From contig CM061246.1 of NCBI GenBank assembly GCA_022605425.2, forward strand, positions 1,426,001-1,490,000: DNA of 64,000 bases. Reading direction: 5' to 3'. Numbering within the stretch: the first letter of the stretch is position 1; each line of letters begins with the position of its first letter. A program made the position numbers and the translations under genes. Below the pieces are notes generated by a model. That model was not told where the DNA came from and did not search any database. It saw only the letters and a program-made list of their open reading frames with translations. Positions 1 to 15,098 of the stretch are shown one piece after another. Origin of the DNA: Hamiltosporidium tvaerminnensis FI-OER-3-3. Taxonomy: Eukaryota > Fungi > Microsporidia.

Positions 1-586
1 TCGTTCGTTATTAAAGATGGATAGCATCACTTAACACAAAAACTTTAAATCATAAGTATGAAAAAGTCTATTCTTCTTATAAGGCCATCAATCATATAAA
101 CTACCAGTCTATTATATTTATCAATGGTTTACAGCACAATCAATAAATAAAAATTCAAGAAAGTTAAGTTAGACCATATTCTTGCAGACTTTCTTTTTTA
201 CCATTTTTGCTGCCTACATTTTTTTATTTCATGATAAATAAATTTAAAATTTTAAATCTTTATTCTATTATTTTTCGATTTATCATTCAGTTTTATTGAA
301 TAATCATCATATGTTAAAGAAATAGACTTTTTAATTTTAATTCAAGTCGCCTTTATCTTTTTATTACAAGGGTAAGAAATAATTATTACAAATAAAATAT
401 TATAAATTAAGAATTATGATAAAACAAGAAAAGTAATTTAAACTAATTTATCCTAGTTTTAATGTATTTTAAACTTTATTAAACTTTTAAATAATTATTG
501 TGTTGAAATTAAAGAAATAAAAAAAATATTTAAGTTTAATTAAAGTAATAGTCAGTGGTATAAAAAAAGGAATTTAAATAAAGTTT

Positions 587-3197
587 TTATTTATTTTGTT
601 TTCTGAATCGTTTATTGTTTTCAAAGAGTTTAAATTTATTTTTATTATAATTTTTTCTATTTAAATCTTCTTTTATTTCAATAAAATTATTTTTATTAAT
701 AGAAGCAGTTCGTTTAGTATTTTTATTTTTCTTAAAAATAGAAAGAATATTCTTTATTCGACTTGGTAAAGAAACTTTGTTGTTTGATAAATTTTTAACA
801 AGAACTTTCATACCTTTTAAATTTGAAGAAATAAGTATTTGTAAATTAATTGAAATATAATTCATGATTTTGTTTAAAGATTCTTTTTCTAAGTTAAAAT
901 TTGTCAAATGAACTAAAATTTCAACCGTAATTTTTGATATTGAAGATTGGTTTTTTTCTAAAATAAAATTTAAAATTTTATTTCTTAATTGATCCGTTAA
1001 AATAATATTTTGTAATAAATTGTGTATAACTGATAATTTTAATGTATCTGGTTGCTGAATACTGTTTTCTAATAATTGTATTTTCCATTCTTGTTTAAGA
1101 TTATTTAATATTTTTAATTTGTTATTTGTATTCATTTCGTTGTAAATTATTTGTAGAAGGTTTTCTTTGTTTTGTAAGGAACAGTTATTACATCCTATAA
1201 AATAGAGAGAAGAAAGAATTAAGAATTTGTATTTTCCATTTTCAAAATTTGTTTGAATATAATTGCAAATACACAAATCTATTTTCTTTATATTTATAAG
1301 TTGTAGCAGTAAATTCGAACAGATTTTTTTTACTTTTTGATTTTTATTTTCAACACAAAGTTCGAGAATTTTTCCTATAAATTCATGAGAACATTGAATT
1401 TTTTCTAAAAATAACGAAAGTAAATTAACCGCTGTGAAAAGACAGGAAATTTCTAAAATTTTGTTTTTTAAAACGATTTCAGGAATAATTTTTTCATTCG
1501 AAAAAAAAGCAAATTCTATTTTCTGAGGACAAATATCGTTATAAAAGAATATTATGGAATTTCCTTGATCAGAAACATTCAAAAAATAATTTTTAATTTT
1601 TTAGATTATTTTTCATTTGATTTGAATTATCTATATTTTCAATTGGTCCTTTTTTAAAACCTTGTCTATCTTCAAATTTATTTTCTATCTGTTTATATTC
1701 ATTGATATATTCGATAAGTCCTTTTGAAAAATCAATATTTTTTAAATTAAGTAAACATTTTATACATTCTTTCATATCTGAAGTAATCAAAGATAAATTA
1801 TTTTCAAGTTTTTCTTTATAGAAAGTAAATATAAAATCAAAAATTTTAGATTCATTTAAAATTTCTAAAATATGTTTTGACTCATTCTTTGAAATATTAT
1901 TTTCTAATCTTAAATCATTTAATAAATTATTTTTGTGTGAAATTATAATATTTGTTATACCTTTGAGAATATAATTGTTCATAATTTTATTTTCTATTAT
2001 AATAGATATTAACTTAGATAAAATATTTTTCTTATCTGAACAATAATTACAAAAAAATGGAAATATTGCGAATACAGATTCTATAGAATATTTTGAATAT
2101 ATTTCTAAAAATATAGAAATATCTTTATTTGAAATATTTCTAAATACGGGTATCCATGTGTTTATATTGACTATATTATAATATTTCATGAAATCTATAT
2201 ATTTAATAAATTTTCTCAAAAGTATACAAGTTTGTAGATCAGGTTTATCTTCAAATTTGGAAGAAAGTCTTATAAATGTTGAAATAAAATAGGGTTCGTA
2301 AAAATATCTTAGGTATTCTAATAATTCGGAAAGAAAGTTTACTTCCTTACGAGAAGAACATTTAAGCAATAAATTTTCAATTATAGAAAATATATTTACA
2401 TCAAATTCTATAATATTTACATTTTTTTTAATTCTAAAAATATGATTTTTGTAAAATATTTCTTTTAAAATTGCAATTATTTCATAATTTGATTCAATTT
2501 TATCAAAAGCAAAATAAACGGTCTCCAGATAAATATTTAAGTCATTTTCGGTCATTTTTGAACAGCATTTTGCCATAATTTTTAAAATTCTTTCAAGTTT
2601 GATTTTTAAATTTTTATCAACAAGAATATCTAAAAGATTTTTTGAGTAAAAATGTTTAAAAAAATATTCATTAAAAATACAAAGAATTTCACCAATAGAA
2701 ATCTTTTCATTTTCACTTCCGTTTTTATAAGTTTCAATTATAAAATCATATATTTTATCATCTTTCTTTACCAAATATTTTTTAAATATTTTTATCGTTT
2801 TTTTCTTTATTAATGCATCCGAAGAAGCAATTTTGAAATAAAAAAATAAATTTTCTTTTAAAATGTTTTTGGCGGATAAAAATATTAAAATTTTAAAAAT
2901 TATTCTTAAATAAGACACATTTAAATTTTCTTTTGAAACAATACTTTCTAATATTTTTAATAATGTTTTATCAAGTTTGTTTAAAAATATTTCTGAAGAA
3001 ATTTGCTTTTTCTTTGAATAAATTATCTTTAATAATTCTAAATAATATAAATCTTGTTTCTGAATTAATGTTTCGTCTAAAATTTGTATACAAGCGTTTA
3101 TAATATTATCATCGTTTAACGGTAACTGATTTATTTGTAGAAGTTCTTCTATTTTTGTTAAAATAGGAAAATTTATATTTTTGGTTTGTAATTTCAT
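587..3197 (-). CDS. RRP12-like (NUC173/HEAT-repeat) ribosome biogenesis protein, split into two ORFs (1593-3197, 587-1582) by a 1-nt shift
   Basis: Helical Leu/Ile/Lys-rich ORFs with NTWIPVFR and IFPFFCNYCSD segments resembling the NUC173 domain, and a basic C-terminal tail. CCC precedes the ATG at 3197. Removing one A from CTAAAAAATTAA (~1597-1602) fuses the ORFs into about 870 aa. Confidence 0.6.
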
Positions 3198-4604
3198 GGG
3201 TTTGGATATATTTTTTTGATTTCAACAAAATATATAAACAATATATATAAATTTGAAGAGATTTAAGGAGTTTTTATTTAATAAAATTCTAGTTCGAACA
3301 TTCTTTTCTCTTTTATATATTTTCTATTACCTCGTTACCATCATAATTTTCTCATCTAAATCCCAGTATCGTTTATTTTTTCTTCCCGCCGCTTCTAGCT
3401 TAGTTCTTAATAACGATTAAAGATATTAAATTTTATTCTAATAATTCAATTTTTTCATATGAATCACATTCTTGTAAATATTTTGTTGGAAGAAAAATTT
3501 TGAAAGGAATATTTTACCAAAACTAAAATCAATCACCAAAAAGAATATTTTTAATCAAAATAACGGATTTATTTCCTTATTCTTCTATAATAGTTAGTGT
3601 GATACCATATTTATTAAAATTTTTCTTTTATTGTTTTATTTATTTAAAAAATATGAAAATTTCTTTGTATAGATTTTTTTTAATCAAACGATATCCAAAT
3701 ACATTTTTTATGTCTTGTTATTGAATATATCAATTATCGAGAGGCTCAAGAGTATATTTCTCATTTGTATAAATAGGAATCTCGAATACAGGTTCTTCAA
3801 CAAATTAACACTTCAAATGACATTAATAATTGCAATTACTTTATTCTAATATGTATTTACGTGTGAAATCGAGTTTCTGAGTAGACCAAAATAATTTGGA
3901 TATTTTAATATCAATTGATTGTATAAACTTGTTAATCTCTTAACCGTATGTAGAGTAACTTATGATATATTGAGTGATATTATATTATATTATGATATCT
4001 TCTTAGATTATTACAGAAGAGTTTACACACAACACTAATATAAAAATAAAATTTATTTTGTTGAGTATTAAAGCTATATATATTCTACACGCTCTAACTT
4101 GAACAATATAATTCTAATTACATTCAGTGTTATAAAATTTAATTGCTTATTCACAATATACACATTGCATATTATTTTCGAGATTTCGGTATTACATTTG
4201 ATTTAAATTATAACTCTTGTTTAAACATACTAATTGTACATGATTTCCTTAACCATATGAAATTTAATTCGTTTTTAGCATATGGATCCCCGTTTGTGTT
4301 CCAAATATGTAATCCAATTAAATTCAAAGTTATTACATAGTCAAATTAAATTAAAGTTTTAAAATTCAAATGCACCAAATTTTTATTTGATTTTCTAAAT
4401 ACATATTTTGTGATGTATGCGTTTTAACACAAAAAATAAACAATTATTATGAACAAAAATAATATTAATATACAATGGTGTGTACGTTGATAATTTGTTT
4501 AAATACTACCATATATCTGTATATCTTATAAATAGCCCGAAAAATTGAATAACGAAAGCTTCTTGATTTTTTATTTAACTAATAAAAAACAATAATTAGA
4601 TATA

Positions 4605-5325
4605 TTTGATTGGTAGAGAAAGAATAACCACAATAAAATATATCTTCTTGGCAAAAAGTGTGCGGAATCGATTTATAAAATCATTCTTTAGATTATTGGT
4701 GGCAATAGAACCAGAAAGCATTTATTATCGTCCTATGGGTGTTTGTATGAGGAGGAGAAGATCGACGAAGTCATGAAACTTTTTCTACACATTTATTTGA
4801 GTTTTTATGAAATAAGGTTGCAGACCGAAGCTGAAAATGTAAATAATTGCTATGTAAAAGGATGGAAACTTAGCCTTGCGCACTCGGTTTAGAAGTTTTG
4901 GCGCCTGTGTTAAATAAAAATAAAACCCTTTAAACCCCGGAAAGCTAAGTAGCAGGTTATACCTGTTGGTATGATATTGTACTATCTAGGTGAATCCCAT
5001 GTAAGTCTCTGAAATATATCTTAGCTAGAAGTTTATTGGGTTCAAAAAGTGTAGAGTAAGAAGGAATGTGGCATAGTCTTGGGGAGCCCGGGGGACTTCG
5101 ATCACACTCCATGGAACAGACGTTAAATAAAACAGGACAACACCCTCGCCTATTAATTATGTTCTACTAACTTGTTAGATGAAAGGCTTTGGAACGTAGG
5201 TATTGCAGGGGTACTGATGGAGTGTTGGGTAGCATTTATTTATGTTAAACCTAGAACCGGTTAATGTCATGAAAACAATATAATACTTTCACTGTTTTAA
5301 AAAGATGAGATACTTTTTAATAATT
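4605..5325 (+). repeat. Unclassified ~700-bp dispersed repeat, copy A (decayed ORF MKLFLH...QVIPVGM...LEVYWVQK)
   Basis: Colinear with copies B-E through shared blocks such as TATACCTGTTGGTATGA, CTAGAAGTTTATTGGGTT, CGATCACACTCCATG and TTAATGTCATGAAAACAATATAA. Confidence 0.85.
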
Positions 5326-6399
5326 TTATATGAAATTAACTTCACATAAACATATTATATTTCTTAAAGTATTTCTAAACAAAATATTTTACTTTTATGA
5401 ATTAAATCAAATATAGGTTTGAAATATAAGTATGAAGATTCAAACAAATATATTATACTTTTACCTACAGATTTTCAATTCTTAATCTCTTTAAAATTGT
5501 ATAGTAAATCCTACAGAATTAGTTTTTTTTAGAACTAAATGTTTTTAAATATTTACTATTCCGTGTAACATATTAGTAAAAAAAATATTTTATTCCTACA
5601 GTTTAGGTATAGTTCTTTGGTCTTTAAATTCCAAATTACTATTGACTTCATATATAATATAAAGATAAATATATTTCGTGGTATATTAATTAATAAAGCA
5701 CTCAAACCTTTTTTTGACTATACATTTCTTTTTATTTTTTAGGAATTACGTGTAATAAGGGGTTGAGCAAGGGGACTAAAAAGATATATTTTTATAATCA
5801 AATGGCTGTTAGGTTTGTAGAAACGGACATAATTTTATGTCTAACAAGATAGGCGTTGTTTTATAAAATTTTAAAAAGAAACACATAATTTATTTAAATT
5901 TGTTCTATCTTGTTGATTTCTTCTTTATTTGGGACATTTTCAAGCTTAATGAGATTTCGATTTGCCTAAAAAACCGATTAAAGCCTAGAAATAGGATAAA
6001 CTGAAACCAAAAAAAATTCGGTATTCCAACTTGTCAAAATATTGAATTCCAGTTCGAAAATGTACTGAGGAAAAAATAACAAAGAAAAAATATTGCATTG
6101 ATTCCTGTATTCGTGTAATAAATATTATTTCAATGATGTGAATATATTGTGTTTTGCATTAGTATTTCAAAGATTCGGATTTTATAGATTTTTGGATATG
6201 AATACTTTGTACCTAAAAATATTCCTTTCATTCTATACATTTAAGAATAAAAACCGCTTTATATACACATTTTTTGTGATTATTTTGTCACGTTTTGCCT
6301 TATTTAATCTTACTCGAAGTAATCTTGTGGTGATAGAATCATACGGTTTTTCTTCGCCTTTTCGAAAAAGCACCATAGGGTTTATATTTGGCAAAAGTT

Positions 6400-9300
6400 C
6401 GGCTTGGTAAAATAATTCCAACCTTGTCTAATGTATGTACTTGACCTTTGGATACTAGCATACTAAAACCCAAATTCACCAGAAGTTATCTTAGTTAAGG
6501 GTAGAATTTATGATCGAGATCTGATATAAAAATTCTCGGTGAAAATATATTATCCCTTTGGCACAAACGGTCTACAAATAAGTTTCTATAACGTTAGATC
6601 ATCTCAGATACGATTAGCTTTGTAACATTTAAAAAGCGGTTTTCAGTATTTAAATCTCTAAATAGAAATAATTATAGTGCCTTTATTATTTTTAAGAGTG
6701 TGTCAAAAGTATTAAACTGAGATAAATCACAGGGTAACTATTCACATAATCAATGTTTCTACCAATAAGACTATCTGAACTTTTATATTCTCTTTCTTTT
6801 CCTTGAAAATATCATATATTTCTGAAGGAATTAGAATATTTTCTTTTTTTTATCTAGAAATAATATCTTTTTTGGAGACTTATAGACAGTCTTTTCGCAT
6901 ATAAATCTGCCAAAGATTTCCTCAAAATATCTTTAGAAATAATATGAGATGGAACTTGCACTAAAATTTCATCTAAACCATTACTATTGATAAGATCTCA
7001 ATTTCCAAGTTTAATGAGCCATTAACAATGTAGCCTTTCTTTCTCGTGTATTATTATGCTTATAAATTTCAAAATTTTCACATAAAGAGCAAAATTATAA
7101 GCAGAATTCAACAAATTTGTAGAAAAAGCTTGAGATATCATGGAAAATTTTGTCTATAATTGTCGCCTAAAAGTATTACTCTTACTAATACGACTCGAAT
7201 TCCATTGAAATCCCTTGATAATTAATCTATACTCTGCAAGATGAAAGCCGACGCTACATTTTCTGTATCTAAGATAATAATTTAATACTCTTAAATTTTC
7301 GCTCTTTATCACTGTGTCTCAAACTAAAACATGTAAGTAGATCTAAGAAGCAGTAAAGATTATAATTGTCAATAAAATAGTTTTCTTTTGCGCAATTAAT
7401 TTGATGTTATAGGTACCAAGGCGATAAAATAGCAGATATTCCGCTTTGCTTAACAACATGAAAGAAGTTTTACAAACTTATGTTTCATGCCTATCTGCTA
7501 AATTCCATAAGATAAGATACTTTGATCATTTCTGACTCTAATTACGGTGCTCAAATTTGGATCGAAGAGCGTCATTTTATCCTCATTTAATGTTTCTTTA
7601 CAATGAAAAATTTACTTCTTTCTCAAGTATAGCAGGTATACAGATTTGGATAGAGATGTAAAATCAAAATCTCGAAAGAGTTTCCTGAGTGCTATTAGAA
7701 TTAAATTTTTATCGGCAACATACAATCAACACATAATTCACAAAAATCTTCGAAGCAGGCTCTTGAAAAAAATTATTCGATATGATTATTTGTTTGATTT
7801 TCTATAGTTTTGTAATGTTTGTAAAATCACAAAAAGAATTGTTAGGAAAAAAATCTCAGAGTTTTTCGCTGATTTTATTGTCAGGATGTGTCAAAGTTTT
7901 TTTCAAAAGGTTCATCTGTCATCAATTTTTATGCTCAAGTACTTCAAAATAGTTATATAGGTTTTTCTTTTGCATTCTTCAAATATTCGAATGAAGAAGC
8001 ACCAGGTATATGAAGTATTAGAAGTCTTAGTAATGCGGTACATACTTTATATATTTATAATGACGTTCTTCGGTAATAATTTGATGTTTATTTTTGTTGT
8101 AGCTATCGGATATTTTATTAATAAAGTTCTCAAAAAGTTGTTTGTATTTTAAATTCAGGTACTTAGCGGTATCGATATTAGATAACCAAGGTGTCAATGT
8201 GCTTCTTTTCTTACACCAATAGCTTCTCTTATCTTAAATTGATACGGTTAAAATAAAAATTTTACTTTCAAGATGAGATCCATGTCTTTTACGGGTGTGG
8301 CTCTTTTCTTGTGTAAGAAATTTATAATTCTCCAGACGGCTTCATGACAGCTTAGTACCTCTAACATACGAGGTTAAATTCCATCCAGTATAAAATGATA
8401 TTTTTGCAGTCAGATCTTTTGGAAGCATAAACAAAAAAATTCTACACTTTAGCATGAACCACATATATTAAAATTACTATGAAATTTTTATTTTAAAGAA
8501 AGATTTAAAGGCTGATATGATATCAAGGCCTCGTAATAAAACGCTTGATAAGGCATCTGGGTATCAATTTTAATTTTAAGTCTTTGTATCGACGCCTTTG
8601 TAATCCTAAGAAATGGCAAATCTGGTTCAGTAGATAATCTATTTAAGCATGTTAATACGTCACTGCAAATATAGGTTACTATTAGCGGCTGCAAAATTAG
8701 TAAAACAATGTACCATGATGTATTCGGTTCATGGATTTTCGCTTCTTCCTTGTCTCAACCGCTTTTTACTCGCTATCTTGCAAAAAAGAGACATCTGGGT
8801 ACAATAATTCTGGTCTTGTTTGAAGCTAATGATAAGTTTTAAATTTGTTAATATATTTTTCAGCGTCATTATCCTCTGTATATTTAACTTTACAGCCAAT
8901 TATTTATAACACATTTATCATGCCTCCCCGTGGCTATCGATTTCCTCAGTAGATGGCTTCATATCGATATATTTGTACACAAGATAGGAGCTATCCAAAC
9001 AGAATATTTACTGTCTTCTTATACATTGTTTGTCATCTCATTCTAGAGGTTCTTAAAGTGCTATACATACTGGTTGTATTGTTTTATGTCGCACTCAGAA
9101 ATTACATGTGATATTTGTTTTCTTCTGGATTCTTCATTAGTCTTTTCAACCGAACTATTTTCTCTTGAATTTTTCAATCCTATTAACTTATCATTTCTTA
9201 TTTCTCCTTAATACCTGCTATCGAGATATTTTTATCATTTTAAATCTGAATTTTTTTTCTTCTTATAATTTTCTCTAAGATCTTTCACTCATAATTTACT

Positions 9301-9412
9301 CTAAATTTCTTTCTATTTTAGATCTTTCTGTTCTTATAATCTTAAATCGTTATAGATCTTTTTATTTTTGTTTTCTCGCCTTTTTTCTCTGGTTTTATCA
9401 CGTTCTGCCATT
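6400..9412 (-). mobile_element. Heavily decayed Ty3/gypsy LTR-retrotransposon internal region
   Basis: Broken minus-strand remnants in gypsy order: charged N-terminus from the ATG at 9412, RT-like PYQFKIRE..GY..IPL (~8170-8250), RNase H-like RKATLLMAH (~7010-7050), and integrase-like PRIFISDLDHKF (~6505-6540). Many stops; no LTRs found. Confidence 0.55.
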
Positions 9413-10554
9413 TTTAGTTTGGTCTTAAGATATATACAGCCTATCCTTTGTCTGAATAAACCGGTTTTTATATGATACAATGTATAAATTAAAGTGATAA
9501 ATATATATTTCCTTTTTTCCTGAGAGTGTTGTAGTTCAAATCAATTGCATTATTCTATGCTGATAATCAAGCAACACTGTTCTATTAAGAATTGGGTTTT
9601 AAGCTGGTAAAAATAAAAACCATTGAATAAATTGCAGACTTTATTTTAATATCGATAATTTTTTTAAAGATAACTCTAAAATAAAATAAAATTAGTAAAA
9701 ACCATTTCTTTTATTACTGAATATGATAAATCGCATTCTTTTAAATTTAAAATGTTCTCTATTTCAATTCAAAGGTTCGATTGGTGATTTATCAAACATG
9801 TAATTCAAAGTTTTATTTTAATCACCTAACAATACATCCCAATCGGCATTTATATTTGTATGAAACGTGTATTTTCGACTCTTTCTATTAGATTCATCAA
9901 TATATTTTCGCTTTTTCAATGTTTTAGTCAGGTTAAAAACTTTTTAGTCAAGCGAAAGAAATCTTCGGACGTATTTTAAGTTATCTTGAGTTGATATATC
10001 TTGTAGATACTAACTATATCTCGCGTTTTATATTTGTTGTTAGAATAACTTACAACGAAATTCCAACAAATTTTTTATATCGAATCTTATTTTAGAAATA
10101 AAAACATAAAAAAGTAAATGAAAGTGTTCTACTTATATTCTTACCAACTATTACAGAATTTAAACGTTTTTTATTTTTCCTGTTCTACTTCTTCACAATA
10201 TTATTTGACCGTAAGATTAATGCAAAAACATAAGAGCGCTATTATTAATCGAAACACTATTATTTGTGCCTTAAATCCTTCGAAATAATTAAAAATTCGA
10301 ATAAATCTTCGCTGCTGCCGTATTCATGGTATTACCAATCGAATAATAAATATGTGAAATGCAGAATAATATAAAAGACATACTATTTAATCTAAGAACC
10401 TAAATAGGGAAGGTCCACATGAGCATATGACCTAAGATAATAAGCAAACAAGATTGACAGATGATAATATTTTTTTTAAAAAATATTTAATCTAGATAAA
10501 ATACTATTATCCAAATTTCAAACTAGATATAAAGTAAATTATTTATAACCATAA

Positions 10555-11853
10555 ATGCACATCAAGATGAATTTATATCGCAGAAATATGTTTTTCTTTT
10601 GTTTTTTTGAAGCATTTTGTCTGTGCGCAAATAATAGCAATGAAAAATATAATATAGATGAATATCGGGAATATTTCATGAAAAAATCTCTGGATCTATT
10701 TAATGAAGAAACTAAACAGTTAGAAAATTTGTGTAATATTATTGAATCAACAGATTTAATATTTTATGATGCTCATCTTGAGTTTGCTGTCGAATCATTA
10801 TCTACTTTTTTTATTCAAAAATTTCAAAGAAATATAAAATGGATATTTTTAGACGCACTTTAAAGACAAATTTTGAGACTGAAAAAATCGAATTCAAAGC
10901 ATTTAAACTTAAACAGTTAGAAAAAAATACCTATTGTATACATAGTATAAAGATATCAGCCCGCAAAAACATAAACAATCGATCAAGACGCAATTTTACG
11001 ATACTCAACGAAAATATTTTTAAAGCATTTTTGACAAACTTCTTTAAAATGTACAAATGCATTCGAAAAATCTCCAAATTTTATGATTCGAATGGATAGT
11101 TCTTATGTGTCAATAGTAGATATAAGCAGTAACAAATCTAAAAAGATCCCTGTGAAATTTCAACCGAATAATTCGTATTTGCTGCCATATCTGTACAATG
11201 TATCATGTGTTAAGATTGTATCAGAAGTAGAAAATATCGATTTAAATCCGGAAAAAACCAAAATGATTGGAATGTTTGAACTTAGATTTGGCAAACATTC
11301 GTATTTTCTCCATGGATACTATAATTTGGATATGATTGATACAAATATGTCAGAATCCTATGAAGACTTATATGTTTCGAAAATTTCTAGGAAAAATATT
11401 ATTAGTTTATATAGCATTAGCTTTTATAACTTAATGCCTTTGGATTATTATGAAACGGTCATATTACCAGCTAAAAGAACATATGGTTACGAAACATTAA
11501 TAAAATGCATAAAATTCGAGTATTTTCATACAAAAAATAGTATTGATGATGTTTCTAAATTTATGATTCTTTTTACTGATTCTCACATTACGTTTGAATT
11601 TAATTTCAATTGGTTCGCGCCTTATGAAATATTTAAAAATTATACCCCAGCTATTCCCATTTACATACATACTAAATTAGGAAAGTGTTTGAACTTATAT
11701 ATAATAGAACTAAAGCGTTCTACGGACAAAGATTTTTTCGAAATTCTAAATGTGATTGATTTCCCCTCAAGCTATGGTTTGTTATCAACTAAGAATAACG
11801 AAGAACCAAACGAGAATTTCACTTTAAAAAACATAATCGATTATTTGGTTTAA
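10555..11853 (+). pseudogene. Lineage-specific, probably secreted protein broken into three overlapping ORFs
   Basis: ORFs 10555-10863, 10839-11099 and 11083-11853 overlap end to end in different frames. The N-terminus has a hydrophobic/Cys stretch (MFFFCFFEAFCLCA) that looks like a signal peptide. Confidence 0.5.
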
Positions 11854-13779
11854 ACAATCAAATATATCTACTTTGTTTGTTAAATTTTTTTAGAAAGCAA
11901 AATTCAAAACGAATACTAGCAATTGAATATTATTTTATTAAATTTATTGAACCAAATTTTTAATCTCACTATTTTTTAATTCAATTCAACCTTTAATTTT
12001 TGAGTAAATTGTGGAACTTAGACCATTTTAATCTCAACTTTATTTTTAGATTAAAATCCATTTTACTTGATTCCAGAAAGAAACAAAAGCATAACCTTTA
12101 CTTCTATAAAAACGACTTTTAAAATTCAAAATGTAATTAATATTTCAAGGTCATGGCTTATTATAAATGAATTTTACTATTGATATTTAATGCGATGCAG
12201 AGAAAAATAGCCGATGTAAGCATGGAATATATTCGATTTATTCAGTAAATTGGTAATTTGAGTATGGAATTGTTGTTTTTCAGCACATAAGGTAAAAAAA
12301 AATTTCATGAGAATTCTGTATGAACTTGATAGGTATATAATCAAATAAATAGAATGGGCTTTAATTCTTTGTATTTTTTAAACTTAACAGTGTAATAAGT
12401 TTAAAAAAAAGGTAACAAGAATGGATTGGGTAACTGAATATTCGTCTGTATAACTGATATAATTTTTTGGCTTCCGCCGTTCTTTATCTAGCCTCTGAGA
12501 TATATTCCAGGAAAATCAAAAAAATATCAAATTCTGAAATTAGTAAGGTGATTTTGTAAGCATAAACGTTTAGAAAGAACGAGAGAAACAAATATATCAG
12601 AATCCATTAATCAAAAAAACGGCGAATATGCAGACATTCTGATACTGTTATTTTTTTCGTTGCAGTATCATACAAGCGAATAAAATATGCTAGAAGAAAG
12701 AAGGCGTAGAAAAGTATAGATCTGGTTGTGAATTAGACATAGAAAGAGAGTTTTTATACCTAAAACTTTCTAGATTCGATTGGAAAACGGGTGGGTAGAA
12801 GAAATCCTCTTTTTTTTTCAAAAAAGAGTCTTAAGAAAACATATTTGAATTTTATTTTAAGATGAGTACGCAAACAATCTTTATCTTTTTACATAGTAAA
12901 ATAAAGTAGTCTTGGAGTTGTTTTCCCGAAAAACGTAAGATATGTGAAGTAAATCAACAAAGAGGGCGCATATTTGAGCCATTCAGAGAATGATTAGATT
13001 GTAAGCATTATAAAGAATCCGGACTATTATGGTTAATTAATTAGAATAGAATTTATTGTAAGCTTCGGTTTAAAATAATAGAAAAATTATAGTAATTTCT
13101 CTGTACTCAAAATATATGATGCTCGTTTGTATTTTTTTTACCATCTATACATGTTTTTTTCACTTATTTTACACGTAAAAGCACCATTAGACGTATTAAC
13201 AAAAAATTAGGCAACACGAGTTTATTTTTTTTCTTTTAATTGTAAAAATTTTTACTGTTCAGATTTATTTTAAAATATTTTTAAAGTTTTATCTTTAGTA
13301 AAACGCTTTTCAGAAAATTTATTCATATAAATTATATAATAGGTAAGAAGGCACGCATCGAAGACCCGTTTTGGCGGTTTTTCAACCACATACGGTCTAA
13401 TTAAAGTAAAAAGCAGACGTCTATCCAGGTTGGTTCGGCTTAAACATAGAAAAAAAGGCTGATGACGTGAATTATTAAGGATCAAAATGAATAGCAAGAA
13501 TGTTTAGAACTTAATTATTATACCTCGCAGACCCAAGGCTTATATGAATATACAAAGAGCGGATCGATATAATTTACACTCATGAAATTTTATATCATAT
13601 ATAGTAAAAAAATATATAGGTAATATAGCTTTTTATTTCTTTTCTAAATATATTTAAGACAAAAATGTAAAGATACAATATTAAATTCTGCAGAACCAAT
13701 GAGAAAATCGAAAGTAGAAATTCCTCAAAATGATATTTCTCAGTATATCTTATTGCAATGTAAGCATATTTTCTTATAT

Positions 13780-14500
13780 ATATTATAAAATATCACTTCT
13801 TTTTAAAACGATAGCAAATATTACAGTGTTTTCATAACATTAAATCTGTTCATGGTTTTGGTTTCTAACTGTTCCTTCAACACTTCACATTATTTCTCTA
13901 CAGTATCTACATCACAACTCGACACCTAAAAAACTGTAGAATTCAATAAATAAGCGAGATACATAACAGGAATTCCTTTGCTTCTATTGCATAGAATGTG
14001 ATCGTAGGCTGAAACTATTTTTGTGCTTCCCAAATAATAAGCAGCATTCTACTTACTCTAGACTTTCAGAACCTAATAAACTATTTGCTAATATATATCT
14101 CGGTAGGTTGAAAAGTCAGCTTAGAAGTGCAATGTCATACCAACGGGTATAACCTACTATCCAGCTTTCTCGTTATTAAAAGGTTTTTTTGTATCTCTCA
14201 GGCGTCAAGTCTTCCAACTTGAATGAGCAAGGCTAGGTTTTATTGTTTTCCATCGTAATGCCCCATATGTTTAAATTAGTCTGCAATCTAGTATCATAAA
14301 AAAGCTTCAAAATATATTTGGGAAAAAGTTTCGAGTTTCTATAGACTTTCTTGCCTTCATAAAATCATCCATGGAACAACAGAAAATGCTATCGAGTCGG
14401 TTTACCACCAATAATCCAAACAATAATTTTAGATACCGATTTTACTTATTTTTTGCCGAGAAGATATTTTTTATGTGGTTATTCTCTTTTCACCAATAAA
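13780..14500 (-). repeat. Unclassified ~700-bp dispersed repeat, copy B
   Basis: Reverse complement is colinear with 4605-5325, e.g. CAATGTCATACCAACGGGTATAACCT at ~14130 and TGTGGTTATTCTCTTTTCACCAAT at ~14475-14497. Confidence 0.85.
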
Positions 14501-15098
14501 AGGCAAACAAAAATAATTAATTTAAAAAACTAATTGAATTATTCTTAGAATGTATAGTGATTTAATGATAAATTATTAGTATTTCGATAAAAACAAAAAA
14601 AATGAATTTAAAAATCCAATTAAATTTTTCCTAGCATTTAAGATGTTTTAATTAATTACTCCTATTTTAATCGAAACAAAAATATATTTTCTTACATTTA
14701 ATATGAAAATTTTTGATCTAATTAAACAGGGTTATAATGGCTTCATTAATTGCTATAGCATTGATAGTTTGTAACCAAAATATTTTTGTATGAAACATTC
14801 TAATAAATGTAAATGTACCAACAGAAATATTTGAGCTGAAATTTATAATATTTTCTTCATCAATTAATTCAAAAATTTCAATAAAATCAAAATTTGAAGC
14901 CAAAAATGGAAAAATTCAAATTCCTTTGAATTTAATTGGTTTAAATTATTAAATGTTTGAAAAAATCAACCAATAAATGAAAAGAATAAATAAAGTTTTT
15001 AATACTAAAAATTTATTGGTGTATAAAACTTTGTTTCATTTTAATTGGTAAAAAAATATTTATTTATATTTTTATTTACAAAAAAAATTTATATAAAA

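Noticed and set aside
4860-5080. Stop-codon reassignment suggested by TAG shared among repeat copies
   Set aside because: Housekeeping genes here have no in-frame stops, and CCR4 ends in TAG. TGG>TAG decay under AT bias or shared ancestry explains it.
12150-13560. Possible decayed DNA transposon
   Set aside because: Looks like eroded coding sequence, but I could not recover a convincing transposase motif or TIRs.
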